Under the pieces are notes generated by a model. It was not told where the DNA came from. It did not search any database and was given only the letters and a program-made list of their open reading frames with translations. Shown piece after piece: positions 49,833 through 58,903 of a DNA stretch of 64,000 bases. This stretch comes from Bordetella parapertussis (GTDB lineage: Bacteria; Pseudomonadota; Gammaproteobacteria; Burkholderiales; Burkholderiaceae_E): NCBI GenBank assembly GCA_945872335.1, contig CAMBZS010000001.1, positions 13,597 to 77,596 on the forward strand, in the 5' to 3' direction. Each line of letters opens with the position of its first letter. Position 1 is the stretch's first letter. The position numbers were made by a program, and so were the translations under genes.

Positions 49833-50966
49833 TCAATCGGCAAGCGCCCGGCCGATCAGGATCCGCTGAATGTCGCTCGTACCCTCATAGATCTGGCAGA
49901 CACGCACATCGCGGTAAATCCGTTCAACCGGGAAATCATTGACATAACCGTAGCCGCCGTGAATCTGGATCGCGTCCGAGCAGATTTTCTCCGCGGTTTC
50001 GGAGGCGAAGAGCTTGGCCATGGCGGCTTCCTTCAGACAGGGCTTGCCCGCATCCTTGAGCGCGGCCGCGTGAAGAATCAGCTGTCGCGCCGCTTCGAGC
50101 CCCGTCGCCATATCGGCGAGCCGGAACTGCACCGCTTGATGATTGAAGATGGCCGAGCCGAAGGCCTCGCGCTCGTGCGCGTAGCGAAGCGCCGCCTCGA
50201 ACGCGGCGCGCGCCATGCCCACCGACTGCGAGGCAATGCCAATCCGCCCGCCCTCGAGCCCGGAGAGCGCAATGCGATAGCCCTGGCCGGGCTCGCCGAT
50301 CAGGTTCTCGGTTGGCACCCGGCAGCCCTCGAGCGCAATCTGTGCGGTGTCCGATGAATGCTGGCCAAGCTTCTTCTCGATGTGCGCCACCCGATAGCCG
50401 GGGCTGTTGGTGGGCACCAGAAAAGCAGAAATGCCACGCTTTCCCGCCTCGCGGTCGGTCACCGCCATCACGATCGCCACATCACCGTTGGCGCCCGAGG
50501 TGATGAACTGCTTCACGCCATCGAGCACCCAGTGATCACCTTCCAGCCGTGCGGTGGTGCGAAGCGCCGACGCATCCGACCCCACCTGCGGTTCGGTGAG
50601 GCAGAACGCGCCCAGCATTGCACCCGAGGCGAGCGGGGCGAGCCAGCGCGCCTTCTGCGCCTCCGAGCCCCAGGCAAGCAGGATCGAACAGACCGGGCAG
50701 TTGTTGACCGAGACGATGGTGGAGGTGCCGCCATCGCCCGCAGCGATCTCCTCGATCACGAGCGCAAGCGACGCATAGTCGAGTCCGGCGCCGCCCCAGC
50801 GCTCGGGCACCGCAACGCCGTAGCAGCCAAGCGCAGCGAGCCCCGCGAGCGCCTCGCGCGGGAAGGTGTCATGGCGGTCCCAGTGTGCGGCATGCGGCGC
50901 GACATGGTCGCGAACATAGTCGCGGACCGCGTCGCGAATCAGCCGATGGTCTTCGGTGAGCAGCAT
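49833..50966 (-). CDS. Acyl-CoA dehydrogenase (short/branched-chain type)
   Basis: [30 protein letters not shown]. 377 aa. Confidence 0.88.
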   Translation of the reverse strand: MLLTEDHRLIRDAVRDYVRDHVAPHAAHWDRHDTFPREALAGLAALGCYGVAVPERWGGAGLDYASLALVIEEIAAGDGGTSTIVSVNNCPVCSILLAWGSEAQKARWLAPLASGAMLGAFCLTEPQVGSDASALRTTARLEGDHWVLDGVKQFITSGANGDVAIVMAVTDREAGKRGISAFLVPTNSPGYRVAHIEKKLGQHSSDTAQIALEGCRVPTENLIGEPGQGYRIALSGLEGGRIGIASQSVGMARAAFEAALRYAHEREAFGSAIFNHQAVQFRLADMATGLEAARQLILHAAALKDAGKPCLKEAAMAKLFASETAEKICSDAIQIHGGYGYVNDFPVERIYRDVRVCQIYEGTSDIQRILIGRALAD

Positions 50967-50981
50967 GGATGGGGCCGCGGC

Positions 50982-52178
50982 TTACAGCATCTCGAGAGCC
51001 ACTGCCGTGGCTTCGCCGCCGCCGATGCAAAGCGAGGCCACGCCCCGCTTGCCGCCGCGCGCCCGGAGCGCGCCAATCAGCGTGACGATCAGCCGCGCAC
51101 CGGACGCACCGATCGGATGGCCAAGCGCGCAGGCGCCGCCATTCACATTGACCTTGGCATGCGGGATGCCGTGATCGCGCATGGCAGCCATTGCCACCAC
51201 CGCAAACGCCTCATTGATTTCGAACAGGTCGACCGAATCGGTGGTCCAGCCGGTCTTGGCGTAGAGCTTCTCGATCGCGCCAACCGGTGCCGTGGTAAAC
51301 CACTGCGGCTCCTGCGAATGCGTGGCGTGTGCCACCAACCGCGCAAGGGGCTTGACACCCAGGCGTGCAGCCGTGGAGGCGCGCATCATGACGAGCGCGG
51401 CCGCGCCGTCGGAGATGGACGAGGACGTGGCGGCGGTCACCGTACCGTCCTTCCGGAAGGCGGGCTTGAGCGAGGGGATCTTGTCGACGTTGGCCTTGAA
51501 GGGCGCCTCATCGCGCGCAATCTCCACATCGCCCTTCCTGCCAGCCACGGTAACCGGCGCGATCTCCCAGGCAAAGCTGCCGTCGGTGTTGGCGGCCACG
51601 GCGCGACGGGTGGATTCAATCGCGTAGGCATCCTGCTCCTCTCGGGTGAAGGCGTATTTGCCTGCACAGTCTTCGGCGAACTGGCCCATTGACTTGCCGC
51701 CCCCGTTGGGCGTTTTTTCGTAGGCGTCTTCCAGACCGTCAAGGGCCATGTGATCGAAGAGGGTACCGTGGCCGTAGCGATAGCCGCCTCGGCCTTTCAG
51801 CATCATGTAGGGGGCGTTGCTCATGCTCTCCATGCCGCCCGCCACCACAATCTCGGCACTGCCCGCAACCAGCAGGTCATGCGCGAACATGGCGGCCTTC
51901 ATGCCCGAGCCACAAACCTTATTGAGGGTGGTCGCGCCGGTTGAGCGCGGCAGCCCCGCGCCGAGCGTGGCCTGACGCGCCGGTGCCTGGCCCTGACCAG
52001 CCGGCAGCACGCAGCCCATGATCACCTCCTGCACCTGCTCGGGGGCGATCCCCGCGCGGGCCACCGCCGCCTTGATGGCATGCGAGCCCAGCTGATGGCC
52101 GGCAAAGCCCGACAGCTCACCCACCATACTGCCGATGGGGGTGCGGGCAACCGAAACGATAACGACGGGATCGTTCAT
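50982..52178 (-). CDS. Acetyl-CoA C-acetyltransferase (thiolase II)
   Basis: [49 protein letters not shown] Shine-Dalgarno sequence. Confidence 0.92.
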   Translation of the reverse strand: MNDPVVIVSVARTPIGSMVGELSGFAGHQLGSHAIKAAVARAGIAPEQVQEVIMGCVLPAGQGQAPARQATLGAGLPRSTGATTLNKVCGSGMKAAMFAHDLLVAGSAEIVVAGGMESMSNAPYMMLKGRGGYRYGHGTLFDHMALDGLEDAYEKTPNGGGKSMGQFAEDCAGKYAFTREEQDAYAIESTRRAVAANTDGSFAWEIAPVTVAGRKGDVEIARDEAPFKANVDKIPSLKPAFRKDGTVTAATSSSISDGAAALVMMRASTAARLGVKPLARLVAHATHSQEPQWFTTAPVGAIEKLYAKTGWTTDSVDLFEINEAFAVVAMAAMRDHGIPHAKVNVNGGACALGHPIGASGARLIVTLIGALRARGGKRGVASLCIGGGEATAVALEML

Positions 52179-54031
52179 TTGAGATTCTCCTGGTTGGGAA
52201 TGTCTGGATCGGAAACATGACGGAAGCGAAGCGCCTCCGGATACGGAAAGACGTCCTCGAGCACGCCCTCGCGGATGCGCGCCTGGCGGGCGCGCCAGAA
52301 GCCCGCCTCCAGCAGCTCGCCGTGGTGAGCCCTGAACACTGCACGGATCGCCGGATGCCCGAGAAGAAAGGTGCCGAACTCTTCGGGAAAGACATCATTG
52401 GGGCCTACCGCATACCAGGGCTCGCTCGCCATGTCGTCTTCGGGCGTGCGTGCCGGCGGAATTTCCCGGAAATTGCAGTCGGTGAGGTAGGCGACCTCGT
52501 CATAGTCATAGAACACGATGCGGCCCTGGCGCGTGACACCGAAATTCTTGTAGAGCATGTCGCCCGGAAAGATGTTGGCCGCAACCATCTCGCGAATGGC
52601 GTTGCCATATTCGATGATCGCGCGCTCGCGCTCGGCATCGCTCGATCGCTCGAGGTGAAGGTTGAGCGGGGTCATGCGGCGCTCGATATAGAGGTGCCTG
52701 ATCACCACCGACTCACCGTCGTCTTCAATGAGCGAGGGAGCGGCCTCGCGCAGCTCGGCAAGCAGCGCAGGATCGAAACGCTCGCGCGGAAACGGCACAT
52801 CGGAATACTCCCAGGTGTCGGCCATGCGGCCCACCCGGTCGTGCAGCTTCACCATCTGGTAACGGCCCTGGATGAACTCGCGCGAGACCTCCTTTGAGCG
52901 GCGATCCTTGATGAGCTTGAACACATAGGGAAACGACGGCAGCGTGAACACCGCCATGACCAACCCGCGGATGCCGGGCGCTGCCATGAAGCGGTCATGC
53001 GAATGGCGCAGATGATGCAGCAGGTCGCGGTAGAAGAGCGTCTTGCCCTGCTTGTGCAGCCCCAGCATGGTGTAGAGCTCGGACTCGGGCTTGGCCGGCA
53101 TGAGGCTGCGCAGAAAGCGCACATAGGCCGAGGGCACATCCATGTCGACCATGAAATAGGCGCGCGAGAAATTGAACAGCGCCTCGATTCGGGCCTCGCC
53201 AAACAGCATCGCATCGGCGTAGGCGCGACCCCCTGAATCGCGCAGCCACGGCACCACAAAGGGCCGAACCTCACCATCGTCGATGATGCGGCCAATCAGG
53301 TAGGCACCCTTGTTACGGAAAAAAAGGGTTCGCAGCACCTGGATCTGCCAATCGGCCGCGGGCTCGAACCGTTCGCCGAATTCGGCTGCGAGCGCCCGCT
53401 CCATGCGCGCCACATCACGCTCGGCATCGACATAGGGGCAGGCGAGACCCAGGTCGATGAGAAGCGACCGCAACGCCGCGGCAAGCCCCGACACATGCGG
53501 GTAATAAACCCGCCACGATGGCGGATCGGCATCGAGATGCTCGGTGGATACGGCCGGCCGGACAAAAATGAAGTCGTTCCGAAAATAGCTCCGGTGCAGG
53601 ATCTTGGTGCTCACCGAGTTGAAAAACGACTCGGCCAGTTCGGGCTGGCGGTGCTCGGAGAGCGCCCCCACATAGTGCCGCTTCACCTGTGACCAGATGC
53701 CCTCGGTGAGCTCGGACTGCGCAAAGCCCGATTCCAGTCGCGACACGGCCTCGCGCACCCGCAGGTCATAGAACTCGATGCGCTCGCGGGCAAGCCGCCG
53801 AATGCCGTGCCAGTCACCATGCTCCCAGCGCGCCTTGGCCTGCTGGGCGTTGTAGCGAAAAAGCGCGTAGTGCCGGTCAAAGCCCGCCAACACCATCGCG
53901 GCGATCGCCGCCGCGCGTGTTTCGCCCTCATCAACAGGCGCTGCCGCTCGCCCATCGGGGCGCTCCGCAGCGGCGGCCGACGCTGGCGCGCGCGCAAGGT
54001 GAGGGGTGGCTGAACGGGGCATGTGGGGCAA
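52175..54031 (-). CDS. aceK: Isocitrate dehydrogenase kinase/phosphatase
   Basis: Colinear with E. coli AceK: AESFFNSV, APGIRGLVMAVFTLPSFPYVFKLIKDR, HDRVGRMADTWEY, VIRHLYIERRMTPLN, NIFPGDMLYKNFGVTRQGRIVFYDYDE, SEPWY...DVFPEEF. Start is TTG at 54031 or ATG at 54022. Its stop overlaps the thiolase ATG (ATGA). Confidence 0.92.
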   Translation of the reverse strand: MPHMPRSATPHLARAPASAAAAERPDGRAAAPVDEGETRAAAIAAMVLAGFDRHYALFRYNAQQAKARWEHGDWHGIRRLARERIEFYDLRVREAVSRLESGFAQSELTEGIWSQVKRHYVGALSEHRQPELAESFFNSVSTKILHRSYFRNDFIFVRPAVSTEHLDADPPSWRVYYPHVSGLAAALRSLLIDLGLACPYVDAERDVARMERALAAEFGERFEPAADWQIQVLRTLFFRNKGAYLIGRIIDDGEVRPFVVPWLRDSGGRAYADAMLFGEARIEALFNFSRAYFMVDMDVPSAYVRFLRSLMPAKPESELYTMLGLHKQGKTLFYRDLLHHLRHSHDRFMAAPGIRGLVMAVFTLPSFPYVFKLIKDRRSKEVSREFIQGRYQMVKLHDRVGRMADTWEYSDVPFPRERFDPALLAELREAAPSLIEDDGESVVIRHLYIERRMTPLNLHLERSSDAERERAIIEYGNAIREMVAANIFPGDMLYKNFGVTRQGRIVFYDYDEVAYLTDCNFREIPPARTPEDDMASEPWYAVGPNDVFPEEFGTFLLGHPAIRAVFRAHHGELLEAGFWRARQARIREGVLEDVFPYPEALRFRHVSDPDIPNQENLK

Positions 54032-54061
54032 CGATTGGCGATGAGCGGGGACGGATTCCGC

Positions 54062-55249
54062 TTACCGGGTATCGGCAAACAGTTCGCGGCCGATCAGCAT
54101 GCGCCGGATCTCGGAGGTGCCGGCACCGATCTCGTAGAGTTTGGCGTCGCGCCACAGCCGGCCGGTGGGCATGTCGTTGATGTAGCCGTTGCCCCCCAGG
54201 CACTGAAGCGCCTCGCCCGCCATCCAGGTGGCCTTTTCGGCTGAATAGAGAATTGCTGCAGCGGCGTCTTTCCGAAGGCTTCGCACGTCAACCGAGCCGT
54301 CACGGGTGCGATCGCACTGCCTGCCCACCGCGTAGACATAGGCACGACACGCCATCATGGTGGAATACATGTCGGCGAGCTTGCCCTGCATGAGCTGAAA
54401 TTCGCCGATCGGCTGGCCGAACTGCTTGCGCTCATGCACATAGGGGATCACCACATCCATGCAGGCCTGCATGATGCCAAGCGGGCCACCCGAGAGCACC
54501 GCGCGCTCGAAATCGAGCCCACTCATCAGCACCCGTGCGCCAGAACCAAGCCCACCGAGCACGTTTTCAGCCGGCACCTCGCAGTTGTCGAACACCAGTT
54601 CGCCGGTGTGGCTGCCGCGCATGCCGAGCTTGTCGAGCTTTTGAGCGACCGAAAAGCCCTTGAAGTGCTTCTCGACCAGAAACGCGGTCACGCCACGCGC
54701 GCCCGCCTCGACGTCGTTTTTTGCGTAGATGATCAGCACATCGGCGTCGGGGCCGTTGGTGATCCACATCTTGCTGCCATTCAGAACCCAGCGATCGCCC
54801 TTGAACTCGGCGCGCAGCCGCATCGACATCACATCGGAACCGGCATTGGGTTCGGACATGGCGAGCGCGCCGATTTTCTCGCCCGAGATGAGCCCGGGCA
54901 GGTAGCGCGCGCGCTGCGCATCGGTGCCGTTTCGCGAGATCTGGTTGACGCACAGATTGGAGTGGGCACCGTAGGACAGGCCCACCGAGGCCGAACCACG
55001 GGAAATTTCCTCCATGGCAACGATGTGCGCAAGGTAGCCCAGACCCGCGCCGCCCTGGCTTTCAGGCACCGTGATCCCGAGTACGCCCAGTTCGCCGAAC
55101 TTGCGCCAAAGATCCATGGGGACTTGGTCGGTGCGGTCGATCTCCCCGGCACGTGGCGTGATTTCGCGGGCAACGAAGGCGCGCAGCGCCTCTCGAAGCA
55201 TCTGCACATCCTCGCCCAGTTCGAACTGCAGTCCGGGGATTTCGGTCAT
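54062..55249 (-). CDS. liuA: Isovaleryl-CoA dehydrogenase
   Basis: IVD-like pattern ([54 protein letters not shown]). The start at 55249 has a GGAGAAAAG Shine-Dalgarno sequence. Confidence 0.9.
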   Translation of the reverse strand: MTEIPGLQFELGEDVQMLREALRAFVAREITPRAGEIDRTDQVPMDLWRKFGELGVLGITVPESQGGAGLGYLAHIVAMEEISRGSASVGLSYGAHSNLCVNQISRNGTDAQRARYLPGLISGEKIGALAMSEPNAGSDVMSMRLRAEFKGDRWVLNGSKMWITNGPDADVLIIYAKNDVEAGARGVTAFLVEKHFKGFSVAQKLDKLGMRGSHTGELVFDNCEVPAENVLGGLGSGARVLMSGLDFERAVLSGGPLGIMQACMDVVIPYVHERKQFGQPIGEFQLMQGKLADMYSTMMACRAYVYAVGRQCDRTRDGSVDVRSLRKDAAAAILYSAEKATWMAGEALQCLGGNGYINDMPTGRLWRDAKLYEIGAGTSEIRRMLIGRELFADTR

Positions 55250-55297
55250 CACTTTTCTCCTTGGCACCCAGCTGGGCCGTTACCCGCCGCGCGCAGC

Positions 55298-55780
55298 TCA
55301 GCTGCGCACGTCGTCGCGGCCGGTGATTGTCATTTCGGTCGCGGTCATGGTGGCGATCAGCCGCTCACGGCCCGAGGCCTCGATGGCGATGGCATCGGCG
55401 TCGGCCAGCGTGATGGTTCGGCCGGCCTTCCTCACGCGGCCGATGAAACGGAAACGCTCGCCTCGGCCGGGCGAGATCAGATTGAGCTTGTACTCGATCG
55501 TGAGAATGCCGGACTCAGCCGGCATGAGCGTGAGCGACGCAAATCCGCAGGCCGAGTCGAGCGCTGTGCCCAGAATGCCACCGTGGATGAACCCGTGTTG
55601 CTGGGTGATGTGAGCGCTGAAGGGCATTTCGATCTCAACCTCGCCCGCTGCCACGCGAACCAGTCGCGCGCCAATGGTGGTCATGGCCGGCTGGCGGCCA
55701 AAGCTTTCCCGGATGCGCGACTCAAAGCGCGGGTCCGGCGGCGCCGGGGCGCGGGATGAGGCGGATACAGGGTTGGTCAT
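55298..55780 (-). CDS. PaaI-family (hotdog-fold) thioesterase
   Basis: 160 aa. The ...HGFIHGGILGTALDSACG... motif is typical of PaaI/YbdB thioesterases. Confidence 0.8.
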   Translation of the reverse strand: MTNPVSASSRAPAPPDPRFESRIRESFGRQPAMTTIGARLVRVAAGEVEIEMPFSAHITQQHGFIHGGILGTALDSACGFASLTLMPAESGILTIEYKLNLISPGRGERFRFIGRVRKAGRTITLADADAIAIEASGRERLIATMTATEMTITGRDDVRS

Positions 55781-55821
55781 GGCCGATGGCGCGCAAGGCG
55801 GGCGATGGATGAATAATCGGA

Positions 55822-55849
55822 TTGACGTTGACGTTGACGTTAACGTGAA
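55822..55849. promoter_or_regulatory. Predicted LiuR operator for the liu operon: three tandem TTGACG hexamers plus TTAACG (55822-55845), containing the dyad TTGACGT-ta-ACGTGAA (55834-55849)
   Basis: Direct reading. The dyad matches the perfect palindrome upstream of liuR in 15 of 16 arm positions. It overlaps the liuR stop codon and lies 54 bp upstream of the thioesterase ATG. Confidence 0.6.
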
Positions 55850-56283
55850 GCCGGTCTGGCAACGGCGGCCCGACTCTTTCGCGTGGTGGCTGGCCGCCGG
55901 TTTGGCGCCTGCGCGAGCAACTCCCGGGCACGATCTTCATGCGCGCGGATTTCGGCCAGGGTCTCGTTCAGGTCGCGAAGCTGCGACTCGAGCAGGGTGC
56001 GATGACGATCCAGTACCTCGAGGAACCGGGTGAGCTGTGGTGCGGTATCAGCGGGTGAGTCGTACATATCGATGAGATCGCGAATTTCCGAGAGCGACAA
56101 GCCCAGCCGCTTGCCGCGCAGCGTGAGCTTCAGACGCGTGCGGTCACGGTGCGAATACGATCGCTGGCGGGCACCGGCTCCCACTCGACGCGGCGACAGG
56201 AGCCCCTGGTCTTCGTAGAAACGAATGGTTCTGGGCGTGATTTCGAACTCGCGCGCGAGTTCGCCGATACTGTAGGTAGGCAT
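55840..56283 (-). CDS. liuR: MerR-family transcriptional regulator (LiuR type)
   Basis: N-terminal MerR HTH YSIGELAREFEITPRTIRFYEDQGLL; it heads the liu gene cluster. Confidence 0.85.
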   Translation of the reverse strand: MPTYSIGELAREFEITPRTIRFYEDQGLLSPRRVGAGARQRSYSHRDRTRLKLTLRGKRLGLSLSEIRDLIDMYDSPADTAPQLTRFLEVLDRHRTLLESQLRDLNETLAEIRAHEDRARELLAQAPNRRPATTRKSRAAVARPASR

Positions 56284-56302
56284 GGATGAAATGATCGGTC
56301 GA

Positions 56303-56320
56303 GTTGACGTTTACGTCAAC
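56303..56320. promoter_or_regulatory. Predicted autoregulatory LiuR operator: perfect inverted repeat GTTGACGT-tt-ACGTCAAC
   Basis: Direct reading. It overlaps a candidate -35 (TTGACG on the minus strand, 56314-56319), with a 17-bp spacer to -10 GATCAT (56291-56296). Confidence 0.6.
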
Positions 56321-56355
56321 TGGAGATCATCGTCCCGTCCGGGCTCCCAGATGAC

Positions 56356-57192
56356 CTAGGCGGCGAATACGCCCAGGCGCTCGAGCTGCTGGTCCACCGC
56401 AGGCTCCCAGCCCCGATTGGCGGCAGGGCTCGCCGGGCTCGGGTGCAGGATCTGATCGACCCTGGGCGCAAGCCCCGCGGGGCCAGCGGCAAGCGCCGCT
56501 TCGATTCGGGCCCGCGCATAGCCCCCCACACCGATCACCCAGGCGGGGGCAAGCGCCGCCACCGCCTCCCGCAGGTGGGCATCGCACGCCGCCTGGAGCG
56601 GTGCCAGTTCGGCGCGCGGCAGCCGGTCGGGCGTGAAATTCCGCCCCGACGCCTCCAGAAACACGAGCGGGCAATAATTGAGCACGAAGCACTGTGAAAA
56701 GAAGACGTCGGGCGGCCCGAAGCGGCGCGCGGCCCAGCCCCAGAGCCGGCGTCCACTGACCTCGGAGCGACGGCACGCAAAGCCCTCGATGGGTCGCCGC
56801 GGATGCGCATCGGCGACGCCGACCACCGGCGCCTCGATCCCCATCCAGTCGCGCACCGCAGCCACCTCACCGAACGGCACGCCGGTCTGCATCATGCCGA
56901 AGGGCCCGGGATTCATGCCGACGAACACCGCGCGCAGGCCCTGCGCCGCATAGCGCTCCAGGTAGGCGCGGTGCGGCGCCCAGGCGTAGTCGAGCGGGTT
57001 GTAGACATGGGTGACCGGCGCGGAAAATTCGAGCGCCGAGACCGCCTCCGACAGCCTGGTCGCAGCGGCGATCAGCGCCTGCGCGGCGGCAAGCCGCGAC
57101 GACCCGGGTTGGGACGACTCAGACCGGGGCACGGGGAGCAGGGCAGCGGAAGTCACAGCCGGCAGTGTAGTGCGCCCGGTCGCGGGATGCAC
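56356..57192 (-). CDS. Uracil-DNA glycosylase superfamily protein, SMUG1 (family 3)-like
   Basis: GMNPGPFGMMQTGVPFG and HPSPASPAANRGW match the two SMUG1 catalytic motifs. There is an N-terminal extension of about 55 aa. Confidence 0.75.
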   Translation of the reverse strand: MHPATGRTTLPAVTSAALLPVPRSESSQPGSSRLAAAQALIAAATRLSEAVSALEFSAPVTHVYNPLDYAWAPHRAYLERYAAQGLRAVFVGMNPGPFGMMQTGVPFGEVAAVRDWMGIEAPVVGVADAHPRRPIEGFACRRSEVSGRRLWGWAARRFGPPDVFFSQCFVLNYCPLVFLEASGRNFTPDRLPRAELAPLQAACDAHLREAVAALAPAWVIGVGGYARARIEAALAAGPAGLAPRVDQILHPSPASPAANRGWEPAVDQQLERLGVFAA

Positions 57193-57251
57193 GCGCGCCC
57201 GCTCTCCGCTAGCATCCGGCTCCAGGAAAACGTTTACCCCAGGAGCACCTC

Positions 57252-57791
57252 ATGGACATGCCGGTACGCAAGCGGCCGCCGAATCCGGCCGGACTCGAGC
57301 CCTACGAACGCCCTCAGCCCTGGGGCATGGTCCCGGACATGGTGATCAACGACGCGCTCGACGGCGATGACACGCTCTGGGCGCCGGTCGCCCCCGGCAT
57401 CTGGTCGCGCCCACTCCACCTCAACGTGAGCGGTGGCTATTACGTGCATCTGCTGCGGGTCAAGCGTGCCGGCATTCTTCAGCGTCACCGTCACTCCGGG
57501 GCCGTTCACGCCTGGGTCATCCGCGGCAGCTGGTACTACCTCGAACACGACTGGATTGCCTGCGAGGGCAGCTATGTGTTCGAGCCACCGGGCGAGACGC
57601 ACACGCTGGTCGTGCCAGATGATTGTCAGGACATGATCACGCTTTTCACGGTGCACGGCTCGCTCATGTATGTCGACCCGCAGGGCACCTCCACCGGCTA
57701 CGACGATGTGTTCACGCGCATCGAGCGCTATCGCGCGCACTTTGAGGCGGTGGGGCTGGGGGCGGATTATGTGAAGCGGTTCATGCGCTGA
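57252..57791 (+). CDS. Cupin-domain protein, 2,4'-dihydroxyacetophenone dioxygenase-like
   Basis: Cupin metal motifs HRHSGAVHAWVIRG and GSYVFEPPGETHTL; 179 aa. Confidence 0.6.
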   Translation: MDMPVRKRPPNPAGLEPYERPQPWGMVPDMVINDALDGDDTLWAPVAPGIWSRPLHLNVSGGYYVHLLRVKRAGILQRHRHSGAVHAWVIRGSWYYLEHDWIACEGSYVFEPPGETHTLVVPDDCQDMITLFTVHGSLMYVDPQGTSTGYDDVFTRIERYRAHFEAVGLGADYVKRFMR

Positions 57792-58903
57792 GCCGCGCCT
57801 TCGGGGTGGGCGCGGGCGCGTGCCACACCCATCACCAGCCCGAGACCCAGGCCCAGCGTTGCCATGGCGGTGCCGCCATACGACATAAACGGCAGCGGCA
57901 CGCCCACCACCGGCAGCACGCCCGACACCATGCCGATGTTGACGAAGGCGTACACGAAGAACACCAGCGCAAGCGCCCCCGCGAGAAGCCGGTCAAACAG
58001 CGTGAGCCCGCGGGCCGCAATGGCAAGCGCACGCAGCACCACCGCCAGATAGAGCGCGATCAGCACGCCATTGCCCACCAGACCGAACTCTTCGGAAAAC
58101 ACCGCGAGAATGAAATCGGTCGTACGTTCGGGCACAAATTCGAGCCGGGTCTGCGTGCCTTCCATCCAGCCCTTGCCCCAGACCCCGCCCGAACCGATCG
58201 CGATGGTGGACTGGATGATGTGAAAGCCCCGACCCAGGGGGTCGGAGGCGGGGTCGAGGAGCGTCAATACCCGCTGTCGCTGGTAATCGTGCATGGCTGC
58301 CCACAGAAACGGCGCGCTGGCCGCAAGACCGATCACCATCGAGGCGATCAGCTTCCAGCTGAGCCCGGCGAGAAAGATCACGAAGCCGCCGCTCGCGAGC
58401 ACCAGAAGCGCGGTACCCAGGTCGGGCTGGCGCGCGATCAGCCAGACCGGCACCATGAGGAGCACCGCGGTGGCCGCGAAATCAAACCAGCGCAACATCC
58501 CCTCGCGCTGCTGAAAATACCAGGCAAGCATCAGGGGTGCAGCGATCTTGAGCACTTCGGACGGCTGGATCCGGATGAAGCCGAGATTGAGCCAGCGCCG
58601 CGCACCCTTGGCGATATCGCCGAACAACGCGACCGCAATCAGCATCGCCACCCCGCCGACAAAGAGCGGCACGGCAAACCGGACCAGCCAGCTTCTTGGC
58701 ACCAGCGCGGCCGCCCAGAGCGCGAAGACGGCGATCGCGAGGTTGCGCAGGTGCGCCTCAAAGCGGCCGGGAAAATCATAGGCGGCCGAATACATGGTGA
58801 TCACGCTCAAGCCCACCACCAGGCCGATCGCAATCAAGAGCGGCCAATCGAACACCGCAACCCAGGGTCGGATCCGCAACCACGCGCCCTGCAGCCGGCT
58901 CAC
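57767..58903 (-). CDS. rodA: Peptidoglycan glycosyltransferase RodA (SEDS family)
   Basis: Multi-TM SEDS pattern (RWLNLGFIRIQPSE, PERTTDFIL, PFMSYGGT); downstream of mrdA with a 4-nt overlap. Confidence 0.92.
   Translation of the reverse strand: MSRLQGAWLRIRPWVAVFDWPLLIAIGLVVGLSVITMYSAAYDFPGRFEAHLRNLAIAVFALWAAALVPRSWLVRFAVPLFVGGVAMLIAVALFGDIAKGARRWLNLGFIRIQPSEVLKIAAPLMLAWYFQQREGMLRWFDFAATAVLLMVPVWLIARQPDLGTALLVLASGGFVIFLAGLSWKLIASMVIGLAASAPFLWAAMHDYQRQRVLTLLDPASDPLGRGFHIIQSTIAIGSGGVWGKGWMEGTQTRLEFVPERTTDFILAVFSEEFGLVGNGVLIALYLAVVLRALAIAARGLTLFDRLLAGALALVFFVYAFVNIGMVSGVLPVVGVPLPFMSYGGTAMATLGLGLGLVMGVARARAHPEGAAQRMNRFT

Noticed and set aside
50358-51692. 444-aa + strand ORF. Similar cases: 54434-55759 +, 57806-59170 +, 62035-63042 +, 48287-49324 +, 30375-31472 -, 8807-9679 -.
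   Set aside because: All are antisense to strongly supported genes (acyl-CoA dehydrogenase/thiolase, liuA, rodA/mrdA, mreB/mreC, liuB, srkA, ttcA/ubiB) and show His/Arg/Gly-rich low-complexity translations.
55722-55940. 72-aa ORF containing NVNVNVNV
   Set aside because: The repeat peptide is simply the translation of the TTGACG tandem hexamers in the liuR/thioesterase intergenic operator. The ORF overlaps the ends of two real genes.
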